64,000 nucleotides of DNA from Macrostomum lignano (taxonomy: Eukaryota). This document shows positions 35,801-49,259 of the stretch, piece after piece. How positions within the stretch are numbered: position 1 is the first letter of the stretch; every line of letters begins with the position of its first letter. The position numbers were made by a program, and so were the translations under genes. The stretch is taken from positions 1 through 64,000 of the forward strand of contig NIVC01002603.1 in NCBI GenBank assembly GCA_002269645.1, written 5' to 3'. Below the pieces are notes generated by a model. That model did not search any database and had not been told where the DNA came from. It was given only the letters and a program-made list of their open reading frames with translations.

Positions 35801-38495
35801 TAATAGAGCCCCAACTGGGATAATTTGCAAAGGATTCTAGCGGCTCAGATTGTCCCGAGTGGACTGTCACAGACACATCTTGTGTCCGGATTCTGTCACA
35901 ATTTCGTCTCACAGATCCCCGAGTTTTTTCGTTGCTTCCCTTAGAATTACATCAATGCTGTCAGTTCCAGTTTCTAAGGCTGCATGCACTGGACGCTTGG
36001 TTCATGGAAGCCGTGCAAACGCTAGGATTCTTAGAAATATTTTACTCTCTCAGTTAAACTCTTTAAAGAGTGCGTTTTAAGTCTCCTCCAAGACTCCTGC
36101 TCTCATCGTCCTGCACCCATGTTTGGGACGTTGTGCACCATGCTGTCAACGTCCTGCACCATGCTGTCAACGTCCTGCATCATGCTGTCAACGTCCTGCA
36201 CCATGCTGTCAACGTCCTGCACCATACTGTCAACGTCCTGCACCATGCTGTCAACGTCCTGCACCATGCTGTCAACGTCCTGAAACATGCTGTCAACGTC
36301 CTGCACCATGCTGTCAACGTCCTGCACCATACTGTCAACGTCCTGCACCATGCTGTCAACGTCCTGCACCATGCTGTCAACGTCCTGCACCATGCTGTCA
36401 ACGTCCTGAAACATGCTGTCAACGTCCTGCACCATATTGTCAACCTCCTGTACCATTCTCTGAATGACCTGCACCATACACTCAACGTTCAACTTGTACC
36501 AGAAGCTCTACTTGTACCAGAAGCTCTACTTGTACCAGAAGCTATATTTGTACCAGAAGCTCTACTTGTACCAGAAGCTCTACTTGTACCAGAAGCTCTA
36601 CTTGTACCAGAAGCTCTATTCGTAAGAGAAGCTCTACTTGTACTAGAAGCTCTACTTGTACATTAATTTGGGACTGAATTGGAATCTCGGCTTGGCTCTG
36701 CTCGTGCAATTAACGGCCTTGAGAGCCAACCCCCCAAGGCGCAGTGAAGTGTACATGCCCAACGATAATATAAAGTTAGAGCCGCTGTACACTCCTGTGT
36801 GAGTGTGTGCCTGCGTACGTATCCGCGCGCTTGTATGCCTGCTCAGGGGAGTCGGCGGAATGGGCAGTAATGCCTCTCGCCGGTTGTGAGCCTATGTCGC
36901 TTAAAGTGCGCCAGGGTGCACACAACCCCTGCTTCTAATAAAAATAATAATCTATTTGTACCAGAAGCTCTACTTGTACCAGCAGCTCTATTCGTACCAG
37001 AAGCTTTATAAAATGCGAAATTCTACGCCTAACGCCAGTTCCTCACGTGCAGACGGCGGTGATCATGTCAGCCGCAGCCAAGCAGCACAGCACGAGATCC
37101 TTGCCCTTCACTCGACGCCAGGACCTGATGGCGCAGTACAGCACCACGGCCGCGCCAACGATGGCCAGAAGAGAGAGCGATGGTGCCGCGTACAAGCGAA
37201 GATAGTTGAGCACTTTGTTGGATGCGGTCAGAGCGGACAGGAGAGTTGGACTTCTGGCGTTCCTGCCGCTACTCGCTGTAGTAGCATTTACTGTAAAGGT
37301 TATAAGAGTCAGCCTTTGCTGCAGTGACTTCCATGCCTATATGACTGCCCAGTCTTCACACAACCGATGACCCAGTCAGTTTTGACAACACGAAAATCCA
37401 CTTTCAAAAACACATCCCTGATAGTCCAGTTTTAATAACACACCCATGACAATCCAGTTTTGACAACACATCCATGACAATCCAGTCTTGACAACACATC
37501 CATGACAATCCAGTTTTGAAAACGCATCCATGACAATCCAGTTTTGACAACACATCCATGACAATCCAGTTTTGACAACACATCCATGACAATCTCAGTT
37601 TTAACAACGCATCCATGAAAATCCAGTTTTGACAACACATCCATGACAATCTCAGTTTTGACAACACATCCATGACAATCCAGTCTTGACAACACATCCC
37701 TGACAATCCAGTCTTGACAACACATCCATGACAATCCAGTCTTGACAACACATCCATGACAATCCAGTTTTGAAAACGCATCCATGACAATCCAGTTTTG
37801 ACAACACATCCATGACAATCCAGTTTTGAAAACGCATCCATGACAATCCAGTTTTGACAACACATCCATGAAAATCCAGTTTTGACAACACATCCATGAC
37901 AATCCAGTTTTGACAACACATCCATGACAATCTCAGTTTTAACAACGCATCCATGACAATCCAGTTTTGACAACACATCCATGACAATCTCAGTTTTGAC
38001 AACACATCCATGACAATCTCAGTTTTAACAATACATCCCTGACAATCCAGTTTTGACAACACACCCATGACAATCCAGTTTTGACAACACATCCCTGACA
38101 ATCCAGTTTTGACAACACATCCATGACAATCCAGTTTTGACAACACATCCATGACAATCCAGTTTTGACAACACATCCATGACAATCTAGTTTTGACAAC
38201 ACATCCATGACAATCTAGTTTTGACAACACATCCATGACAATCCAGTTTTGACAACACATCCATGACAATCTAGTTTTGACAACACATCCATGACAATCT
38301 AGTTTTGACAACACATCCATGACAAACAAGTTTTGATAACACACTCATGACAATCCAGTTTTGACAACGCACAATCCAGTTTTGACAACACATCCATGAC
38401 AATCCAGTTTTGATAACACATCCTCGAAAATCCTATGTTGACAAAATAGGAATTACAAATTTGAAAAGTAACTTCTCTATAACATACTTACCCAT
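32808..38495 (-). CDS. Rhodopsin-like (class A) GPCR, peptide-receptor-like, ~342 aa, 4 coding exons
   Basis: Exons 38495-38492 (ATGG|gtaagt), 37290-37047 (N-terminal NAT sequon, TM1, TM2 LAAAD), 34072-33872 (TM3, ADRVY) and 33387-32808 (TM4-7, NSSLNWLIY). Phases 1/2/2 are consistent; total 1029 nt. Confidence 0.88.
33483..33794 (-). mobile_element. SINE family 1 copy in GPCR intron 3
   Basis: Reverse complement GGCCGTAGCCCAGTG...GGCTCGATTCCC plus the family body. Confidence 0.85.
34100..35560. repeat. (GAAT)n microsatellite in a GPCR intron
   Basis: Read directly. Confidence 0.98.
36130..36440. repeat. 21-bp minisatellite (CACCATGCTGTCAACGTCCTG)n
   Basis: Read directly. Confidence 0.95.
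36490..37005. repeat. 18-bp minisatellite (CTTGTACCAGAAGCTCTA)n split by a SINE
   Basis: Repeat at 36490-36660 resumes at ~36955. Confidence 0.9.
36661..36950 (+). mobile_element. SINE family 1, 5'-truncated copy
   Basis: Starts at CATTAATTTGGG and ends in an AATAATAAT tail. Confidence 0.85.
37380..38420. repeat. ~28-bp minisatellite filling GPCR intron 1
   Basis: GACAACACATCCATGACAATCCAGTTTT. Confidence 0.95.
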
Positions 38496-38839
38496 CTCTA
38501 CCAAGTTATTGAAGTTTTTTCAATTATTGAACGATTCTTTAAAATTCAGGAATAAATAAGGCTATCAAATTTAAATTTTTTGTGTTTAAATGGGAAAACG
38601 CTGCCCACCCCCCCCCCTGTCTCATCGTGTGTTTTAACTGGCCAATAGAGGGCGGGCCACTGCTCAAGAGGTGAAAGCAGACCAGCAGCTGGAGTTCTGA
38701 GATTTTAATCTGATTTTATGTTGGGATAGAAATCTACTAGTATCCAAAAAACACTTGATGCATTGTACTTATAAGGTTCTGCTTTTGAGCTCATTGCAGC
38801 CGTCTAAATGAGAGAAAACAATTAGAAATATGGGTTTAT

Positions 38840-39010
38840 GGACACCAAATGGATTCATGGACACCCAAATGTTCATGGACACCCAATGGGTTCATGGACA
38901 CTCAATATGTTCATGGACACCCAATGGATTCATGGACACTCAATATGTTCATGGACACCCAATGGGTTCATGGACACCCAATGGGTTCATGGACACTCAA
39001 TATGTTCATG
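38840..39010. repeat. 19-bp minisatellite (CATGGACACCCAATGGGTT and variants)
   Basis: Read directly. Confidence 0.9.
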
Positions 39011-39706
39011 ACTGTCGTATTGATTTTCAGAAGTGCTCAAGGGCCCATGCAAAACAACAAAAACCTAAATAACATGAGTTCCCCCTGCTAGCTCGCATCC
39101 CTAGCTTCTGTTTGAAAGCGCGGCATGAAATCGAACTTTCATGTGAGAAATTTTCAAATCCGTAACACCCAAAGGACGGTCACGTTTTTAGTAGAAGCTG
39201 CTGAGATATTTGAGAACGAAATAAATATAAAAATGGGGAAGCTTAACCGAATATAAGTGCTGCTCAACCGGTACAACAAGCTCTCTATGGCCAAAACTCT
39301 ATTGAAACTGGCCATCAACTGGCCAGAAATTTCAGAAGTTTTACAGAAAACTCAAGTGCAGTCTACGGTAGTAGGTGAAGCCAGGCAAAAGGACATGGTA
39401 TCACACAGTACTTTGCCCTCCAGTTAACCCCTGATAGACGTACTTACAAATAATTTTGTCTCCAACCTGCTGCTAGCACAAAAACGACCTCATGCCAGAA
39501 AGAACTTCTTTTAAAATAGAATAGGCGAGGCAGAAAATTATGAGCATGCGCATGCATCTGCTGTCTGAGCAGGAATTACAAGACTAGAGGTGCATGTAAT
39601 CTGAGTTTTGGGATGGGCCGCTCAGTCTTGTAACTTTGATGTCGTGGGTTTTTCATTGATTATGAAAATCAAACAAAGTTTGACAAATTTAGCAAACATG
39701 GCCTTA

Positions 39707-39735
39707 TAGATAGATAGATAGATAGATGGATAGAC

Positions 39736-39786
<51 letters not shown>

Positions 39787-40116
39787 CAGACAGATAGATC
39801 GATAGATTAGATAGATAGATAGATAGATCGATAGATAGATAGATAGATAGATAGATCGATAGATAGATAGATAGATAGATGATGGATAGATAGATAGATA
39901 GATGATAGAGAGATACATAGATAGACAGATAGATAAATAGATAGATAGATGGATAGACAGATAGATAGATAGATCGATAGATAGATAGATAGATAGATGA
40001 TAGATAGATAGATAGATAGATGATAGATAGTTCGAAAGATAGATAGATAGATGATAGATAGATAGATGATAGATAGATAGATGATAGATAGATAGATGAT
40101 AGATAGATAGATAGAT

Positions 40117-40209
<93 letters not shown>

Positions 40210-40261
40210 GTAGATAGATAGATAGATAGATGATAGATAGATAGATGATAGATAGATAGAT

Positions 40262-40318
<57 letters not shown>

Positions 40319-40427
40319 GTAGATAGATAGATAGATAGATGATAGATAGATAGATGATAGATAGATAGATGATAGATAGATAGATGATAGATAGATAGAT
40401 GATAGATAGATAGATAGATAGATAGAT

Positions 40428-40476
<49 letters not shown>

Positions 40477-40545
40477 GTAGATAGATAGATAGATAGATGA
40501 TAGATAGATAGATGATAGATAGATAGATGATAGATAGATAGATAG
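39707..40545. repeat. (GATA)n microsatellite
   Basis: Read directly. Confidence 0.98.
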
Positions 40546-41109
40546 ACTCTTCCCGCCAAAAGACCCTTGCTACACTCGTGCATTGTGCTCATGCTGGGGC
40601 AGTGAACTCGAATCTGCATGTATGACCATGTTTCTGCATGGTTGACACTTCATTCGATAGCGGGTATGACACTACTGTACAAAACGTAACGAACTCAAGT
40701 CAATAAGAAATCCAATTTCAACAGTTAGCAATTTAGAAATCAACAATGTGAAAAATCAGATCAATTATATTCAAACCTTTTAATTTGTCTATATAAATAT
40801 ATATTGGCAATTATTTAATCTAGTGTTTGACATTTGAGTCACGGGGAAGGCAATTGTTAGTGCATTGTTTAACCATAATTACGCAAAAGCAGTGACATGG
40901 TTAATCAGTGTGGCTAATTTCTGCTTCATTAAAAACACTTCCGGTTATTAGAGGTCATCACCACACAGAAAATGCTTGTGACAACAATATTTTGGAGTAG
41001 ACAGCCAATTAATAATGGATTGTTGCCCTCGAACAACGGGCTTTTGGGGAATTCTTGAATATAAAAATAATGCTGAACAAAATGTGGGTTTGATGAGTCA
41101 TTCCGTTAT

Positions 41110-41875
41110 GTCAGGGGCGATTTTTATGGCTTGGTCAAAGGTGATTCTTATGGCTGGGTCAGAGGCGATTCTTATGGCTGGGTCAGGGGGCGATTCTTAT
41201 GGCTTGGTCAGGGGGGCGATTCTTATGGCTTGGTCAGAGGCGATTCTTATGGCTTGGTCAGAGGCGATTTTTATGGCTTGGTCAGAGGCGATTCTTATGG
41301 CTTGGTCAGGGGGGCGATTCTTATGGCTTGGTCAGGGGGGCGATTCTTATGGCTTGGTCAGAGGCGATTCTTATGGCTTGGTCAGGGGGGCGATTCTTAT
41401 GGCTTGGTCAGGGGGGCGATTCTTATGGCTTGGTCAGAGGCGATTCTTATGGCTTGGTCAGGGGGGCGATTCTTATTGCTTGGTCAGGGGGGCGATTCTT
41501 ATGGCTTGGTCAGGGGGCGATTCTTATGGCTTGGTCAGAGGCGATTCTTATGGCTTGGTCAGGGGGGCGATTCTTATGGCTTGGTCAGGGGGGCGATTCT
41601 TATGGCTTGGTCAGAGGCGATTCTTATGGCTTGGTCAGAGGCAATTTTTATGGCTTGGTCAGGGGGCGATTCTTATGGCTTGGTCAGGGGGGCGATTCTT
41701 ATGGCTTGGTCAGGGGGGGGGCGATTCTTATGGCTTGGTCAGGGGGGCGATTCTTATGGCTTGGTCAGAGGCGATTCTTATGGCTGGGTCAGGGGGCGAT
41801 TCTTATGGCTGGGTCAGGGGGGCGATTCTTATTGCTGGGTCAGTGGGCGATTCTTATGGCTGGGTCAGGGGCGAT
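41110..41875. repeat. 23-24-bp minisatellite
   Basis: GGCGATTCTTATGGCTTGGTCAG(A/GG). Confidence 0.95.
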
Positions 41876-42096
41876 TACAGCAATTTATGATAGTTTTTAA
41901 TGTCAGCGCATGTTATTTGGGTTCATTAGACAGGTGTTCAAACAGGTGTTAAATATGCAGGCAATTAAGACTCTAAAGCAAGAACATAACAACAATGCAG
42001 ACTCTAAGCCGTTTAAAATCAGTTTAAAAAAATTGCTAATAAATATTTTGAAACTAAAAATCAAACAAAGCAGACAAAAAACCCAGTCTAGAGAGG

Positions 42097-43376
42097 CTAT
42101 GAAGATGAAGTGTCAGTCGAATGAAATGTGATGCCGCCAGACCGCACCTGTTCCTGCCAGTCCGACCGGTTGGCCAAGTCCTCACCCGAATAGCTTAGCA
42201 ACGGAGAAACCTCAACCTCGGTTGATGAGGCATCGGTTTTCGAATTCTGCCGCAAGAAAGCCTGGAAAGTGTCGCTGGCACTGATCCAGGTGGAGTGCAG
42301 GGCCAGCAGGTCGCGGCGGCAGGTGTTCGGACACTCGCTGCTGGCGCTGGGTCCGTTCTTTAGAGGCGAGAACTCCGACTCTCTGTGGGGGGGAACTTGT
42401 GATTGCGTTTCCTATCGCTTTGATTTCAAGTCTCCCTCTCTTTTATTGCAACTCTCACTCCTCATTATTGCAACTCTCACTCCCCATGATTGCAACTCTC
42501 ACTCTACGATTGCAACTCTCACTCCCCACGATTGCAACTCTCACTCCTTATGATTGCAACTCTCACTACTCATTATTGCAACTCTCACTCCCCACGATTG
42601 CAACTCTCACTCGACGATTGCAACTCTCACTCCTTATGATTGCAACTCTCACTACTCATTATTGCAACTCTCACTCTCCACGATTGCAACTCTTACTCTA
42701 CGACTGCAACTCTCACTCCTTATGATTGCAACTCCCACTCGTCACGATTGCAACTCTTACTCCCCACGATTGCAACTCTCACTCCTCTATCTCCGTTAAC
42801 CAGCAGAAACTCACCTGGGCACCTCCCAGACGACAAACTTAGGCCCAGCAAAGGGAAATACATCGAACACGAACTTCTCCAATTTGATAGCATTCTCAGC
42901 TGGCGGACTGTCAATCAGACAGCCAGTGTCCGGATCGCAGTAGGGCACCCGTTTCACTGCGGCGTGATACCGCATCCGGGTCTCGTACTCCGGCTGGCAG
43001 GCCTTGGCCAGTCCGTCAGCGGTGAGGAAGTGCTGACAGATGTTGCCAGCCCGCAGCAGCAGCCGGTCCGGGAAGGCCGGATCAGCTCGCGATGCAGCCG
43101 AGGCGCTGATCTCCGAATACTCCACTACACGATAGGCGCCATCGCTGCCAAGGGTGACGACGCCAACCCGCTCCAGCGGGCTGGTCTTCTCCACTATTTT
43201 AGCGCCCATCTCCGCCAGCTTGTCCAGACAGAAGCCGATGAAATCGGGGTCGGCCACCCGCGTGAGGATGTTGTCTACGCCGAATATCTGCAGGCAGGTC
43301 AGGCCGCGCTGCCGCACGTGCTCCAGGCAGCCGCGCTCGCTGCGGGGGCGAGATTGGGGATCTGCAACAGGCATGC

Positions 43377-43425
<49 letters not shown>

Positions 43426-43730
43426 GGCAGGCAGACAGACAGGCAGGCAGACAGACACAGGCAGACAGGCAGGCAGGCAGACAGACAGACAGACAGGCAG
43501 ACAGACACGCAGACAGACACAGGCAGACAGGCAGGCAGGCAGGCAGACAGACAGACAGACAGACAAACAAACACAGGCAGACAGGCAGGCAGGCAGGCAG
43601 ACGGACAGACAGACAGACAGACTGACAGACAGATAGACAGACAGACAGACAGACAGACAGGCAGACAGACACACACACACAAAAACACACAGACAGACAG
43701 ACAGACAGACAGGCAGGCAGACAGGCAGGC

Positions 43731-43767
<37 letters not shown>

Positions 43768-43929
43768 GGCAGACAGACACAGGCAGACAGGCAGGCAGGC
43801 AGACAGACAGACAGGCAGGCAGACAGACACAGGCAGACAGGCAGGCAGGCAGATAGACAGACAGACAGACACGCAGACAGACACAGGCAGACAGGCAGGC
43901 AGGCAGGCAGACGGACAGACAGACAGACT

Positions 43930-43965
<36 letters not shown>

Positions 43966-44028
43966 GGCAGACAGACACACACACACAAAAACACACAGAC
44001 AGACAGACAGGCAGGCAGACAGGCAGGC

Positions 44029-44077
<49 letters not shown>

Positions 44078-44598
44078 GGCAGACAGACACAGGCAGACAG
44101 GCAGGCAGGCAGACAGACAGACAGACAGACAGACAAACAAACACAGGCAGACAGGCAGGCAGGCAGGCAGACGGACAGACAGACAGACTGACAGACAGAC
44201 AGACAGACAGACACACACACACACACACAAAAACACACAGACAGACAGACAGACAGACAGGCAGGCAGACAGGCAGGCAGACAGACAGACAGACAGACAG
44301 ACAGACACAGGCAGACAGGCAGGCAGGCAGACAGACAGACAGACAGACAAACAAACACAGGCAGACAGGCAGGCAGGCAGACAGACAGAGAGACAGACAG
44401 GCAGACAGACACACACACACACACACAAAAACACATAGACAGACAGACAGACAGACAGACAGGCAGGCAGACAGGCAGACAGGCAGACAGACAGGCAGAC
44501 AGACAGACAGGCAGACAGACAGGCAGACAGACAGACAGGCAGGCAGACAGACAGACAGACAGGCAGGCAGGCAGACAGACAGACACAGGCAGACAGGC

Positions 44599-44643
<45 letters not shown>

Positions 44644-47283
44644 GGCAGGCAGGCAGACAGACAGACAGACAGACAGACAGACAGGCAGGCAGACAGACAA
44701 ACACAGACAGGCAGGCAGACAGACAGCCCAGGCCCTCACCGAAACGCCCTGTAGAGGCCGCCGTTGCCGTCCGGGCTGCTCTGGATGCGGTGCCTGTCAG
44801 CCAGTAGCACCCTGCCGTCCAGCCCAACGCAGGGAAAGGTGAACTGCTTGAAGAACACGACATTCTCCCGTCGGAGACCGAAATAATTCTGCTGTTCAAA
44901 GAATTTTACGGTGCCGGCCTGAGTAGCCTCGGAGGTCATGATGTACCACACGATGCCGCCACCGGCTCGCCCTGGAAACCGCTGTTCGGCCATCGCCTGC
45001 ACCCGGACGGCCTTCTCCGCGTGCAGTTGGAACAGCGACTTGCCAGATGGCAGGCCAACTCTGCAAGCCGGTGAGCGAGTTGTGTTTTATGGCGACTAAT
45101 AATAAACTAATAATTTTACTAGCAGTAGAGAAGATAGAAAACGTCCATTTAAAAAATGCATGAAATAAACTAAACTATTGAACATCAGAGTACACAATCT
45201 TCTTTTTGTATATCACACCTGCCCTCCCACCTGTCTGTCACTCTTACCATACCTGTCCTCCCACCCATCTGTCACTCTTACCATACCTGTCCCCCCCCCA
45301 TCTGTCACTCTTACCATACCTGTCCTCCCCACCCCCATCTGTCACTCTTACCATACCTGTCCTCCCACCTGTCAGACAACAGGCTACCTGTCCTCCAACC
45401 ATCCTTCCCAGCATACCCCAGTCAGTGACTCACTCGTACAGTCCCTTAGGATAGCGCACGCCCAGCCGAGTCGCCTGCCCGCCAGCCAGCAGGATGACGC
45501 CAACGCGACCGTCGGCGACCGCCTCCAAGCCGATGTCGCGAAGCCTGGCCACCTCCTCCGGCGCGGTGTAGGAGCGGCCGCCGCAGGCGTCCGGTGGGAT
45601 CGGGCTGTGAATGCAAGAATTTGGGGTGGCAGATAGATCCTGAGACTCTCGGGGACGGCAGATAGATCATGACAGATTCTCTGAGACGGCAGATAGATCA
45701 TGACAGATTCTCGGAGACGGTAGACAGATCATGACAGATTCTCAGGGACGGTAGATAGATCATGACAGATTCTCAGGGACGGCAGATAGATCATGACAGA
45801 TTATCAGGGACGGCAGATAGATCATGACAGATTATCAGGGATGGCAGATAGATCATGACAGATTCTTAAGGATGGCAGACAGATCATGACAGATTCTAAG
45901 GGATGGCAAATAGATCATGACAGATTCTAAGGGATGGCAAATAGATCATGATAGATTCTAAAGGATGGCAGATAGATCATGACAGATTCTCAGGGACGGC
46001 AGATAGATCATGACAGATTCTAAAGGATGGCAGATAGATCATGACAGATTCTCAGGGACGGCAGATAGATCATGACAGATTCTAAAGGACGGCAGATAGA
46101 TCATGACAGATTATCAGGGACGGCAGATAGATCATGACAGATTATCAGGGACGGCAGATAGATCATGACAGATTATCAGGGATGGCAGATAGATCATGAC
46201 AGATTCTTAAGGATGGCAGACAGATCATGACAGATTCTAAAGGATGGCAGATGGATCATGACAGATTCTAAGGGATGGCAAATAGATCATGACAGATTCT
46301 TAAGGATGGCAGACAGATCATGACAGATTCTAAGGGATGGCAAATAGATCATGACAGATTCTAAGGGATGGCAAATAGATCATGATAGATTCTAAAGGAC
46401 GGCAGATAGATCATGACAGATTATCAGGGACGGCAGATAGATCATGACAGATTATCAGGGATGGCAGATAGATCATGACAGATTCTTAAGGATGGCAGAC
46501 AGATCATGACAGATTCTAAAGGATGGCAGATGGATCATGACAGATTCTAAGGGATGGCAAATAGATCATGACAGATTCTTAAGGATGGCAGACAGATCAT
46601 GACAGATTCTAAGGGATGGCAAATAGATCATGACAGATTCTAAGGGATGGCAAATAGATCATGATAGATTCTAAAGGACGGCAGATAGATCATGACAGAT
46701 TATCAGGGACGGCAGATAGATCATGACAGATTCCCAGGAATGGCAGCTAGGTTGGATCTGCTTCAGGGATTCCCGATGAAAATGGTACCAAGGCCAAGAG
46801 GCGTCCACTTGCGTCGCCCTTAAGTCGTTTCAGAGTCGTTGCAGGTAATACAGGTAAACTAGGTGGGAAGTGAGTCAAGTGACTCCAGACGACTCTAAAA
46901 CGACGAGATGTCACGGTACAAGTCGCCAAACAGTAGTAAAAAAGTCGCCTAAGAATCAACTTAAAGATGTTTTATTTTCTGCGACTGTGAAAGGACTCTG
47001 AGAAGGCAGGTACATTCTTAAATCTGCTTCAGGGATGACAACAAAAAATGACCAACCGAAAATCGTCAGCTTCCAGTTCAGTGTTGGAATTTTTCGCCTC
47101 AGATCGCTGAGCCAAGGCATCCTTGACAATGGCAGGCAGTGCTGGCCAATCCACCCGTTCAATATGCTTGAGCAGTTTAGCCTGCTCAGATTCTGTCAGA
47201 GAATCATAGAAGTTCAGCAAGTGCAATTGTCCAGCTGCGCTGAGCTGCTGGCGAGCATTTTCAAGTCGGCTGGCAAGACTCAT
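42097..47283 (-). CDS. UAP1: UDP-N-acetylhexosamine pyrophosphorylase, ~509 aa, 5 exons
   Basis: Exons 47283-47057, 45604-45434, 45060-44740, 43339-42815 and 42382-42097; all introns phase 2; total 1530 nt. Motifs [65 protein letters not shown]. Confidence 0.95.
42445..42785. repeat. ~23-bp minisatellite in UAP1 intron 4
   Basis: GATTGCAACTCTCACTCC core. Confidence 0.9.
43375..44725. repeat. (CAGA/CAGG)n microsatellite in UAP1 intron 3
   Basis: Read directly. Confidence 0.98.
45210..45400. repeat. ~33-36-bp repeat in UAP1 intron 2
   Basis: CTGTCACTCTTACCATACCTGTCC core, about 5 copies. Confidence 0.85.
45625..46745. repeat. 31-bp minisatellite in UAP1 intron 1
   Basis: GGCAGATAGATCATGACAGATTCTCAGGGAC. 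Confidence 0.95.
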
Positions 47284-49259
47284 GATGTTGCAGGATTTGT
47301 ATAGGTGAGGTAGACTTTGTTTCTTTGATTGATAAACTCAAATTTGTTTAGGCTGATCTAGTATCAATAATAACATGAAGAAACAAGATTTTTGTACAAA
47401 ATAATTTTGTAATTCAAAGATTCATTAGCAAAATATATACAAGCAATAGCCTATAATACTACAAGACTTAAGTCTAGAGTTTCATTTTAATTATTTATAT
47501 CATAAGTAAATTTAGAATGTTACTATAGGATCATGTTCACTAATAGAACTTGCTAGACTTACTAATCAAATACCTACTAAAACTTATAATAATATATAAT
47601 ATAGAATTATAGAATTATAGAATATAGAAAACTATATCAATATTATATAGAAAAATAATATAACACAATTATATTAAAAAGCAAATTAACTTGTTTTTTG
47701 ATAAGTTTTTTGTAGCCCTTAATATTCTAGCATTTTATTTGTCTACTAAACTGCATATTCCCAATAACCACTTTTTACCATAGTTTGAATCATCTAGATT
47801 AGATTTTTCTAGTATTCAAGGGAAAATTTTAGCATAGGCCTCTCCCACTCCTTAATCTTACACTCCCCTAATACATTAGAAAATTCCTGTGTACAATAGA
47901 ACTGAAAAATAGTTGTTATAAAGTATCTAGTGTATGGAACAATCTACCAGAAAATTGTGCCACAGAGCCACCATATGACATAGCTGTTGGTATACAAAAA
48001 GACCAAAATTTTGTAATGCACAAAAGATTCTTGTATTGTTGTAACACTTTTGATAATGTTTAGCATATATACCATGCTCAAGAATGCATGCCAGAATCAA
48101 AGATGAACAAAGCTACCAATTCACACCAAGCATGCCAACATTTTTAGTCAACTGTTTCATGTATGCTAAGCATGCCAAAATTTTAATGACCCTTTTTACT
48201 ATGCATGTCAAATATACTATAGGCCTAATGTTTTGACCCCTAAATTTTAGGCTTTAAAAAACACTGATACTTTTTTAAAATAATTATTCAACAATAACAA
48301 CAAATTATACTATGTTTTGATTATTAGAAGGCAATATATTATTATTTAGGTCTAGAGTCCAACCAAGATCTCAATATTGAAATTTCAAGACTTGGCCTTT
48401 TTAGGTCATTTTGAGAAATTCTTAAAATTTTGAGAATGGGCTTAGAATTTGAGAACAGTCAAGCAAGATTGAATTCAATATAGAAAGTGTTAAAATATTA
48501 TGAAGTGCCAAATAAAAGAAACAAATAATGCATTGTCTAATGCATAATTAGCACTTTTTTGTTTTGTTTGTTGGTATATTTACAGCTTTTTAAAAATTAA
48601 AATATATTAATATTTTACTTCTATGAAACAGATTTAAACACAAGTTTTATCTGTATTTTTTCACACAGAAAATAGTGTTTTAGTATTAAAATACAGATAA
48701 CCCCAATATAGGCTAAAATTTATATATAACTTATCATACATAAATTGTGGTGGACCAAGGGTAAGTCGCAAAAATGCCCAGCCTAGAGAATATAGACATA
48801 GTAATAATTAGATGACGAGGCATTTAGCCCTTATAAGACAGTCATAGTTACTCCTGCCGTTTACTCAAAATTGCATTAGGGTTTCTTTTACAAGTCACAT
48901 TTTTGGTCAAAAAGTAAGTTGCATGGCCAGTGTAAATCAGGGGGTTGCGCATGTATGGTTAGAAATATATTCTTGTTTTGAATCTATCATTTCATTTTGA
49001 TCTTATCTTAAACAAAATCTCAATATCAACCACCTGTTAAAAAGTAAAATGTTTTTGCTATACTATAGGCCTACCTATAAATTGCACTACTGGAATACCA
49101 CTACCAGATCCATAGCCATTAGAAAATAGGTTCCATTCTGGTGCCTGGGTGCTGGAACTCTAGCTATTGCTTTTATGGTGTAGGGGGCCACTTTTTCCTA
49201 CTGTGTAATAGATTTGAGAGTGTGGAGGCGTCCTTATATATTCCAATTAATGCATATTT

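Noticed and set aside
36103-36492. MVQDVDS heptad protein resembling a coiled coil or antifreeze repeat
   Set aside because: 21-bp minisatellite open in multiple frames on both strands, inside a GPCR intron, with no splice support.
42811-44899. 642/566-aa CLSV-repeat ORFs
   Set aside because: (CAGA)n intron fused in silico to real UAP1 exons.
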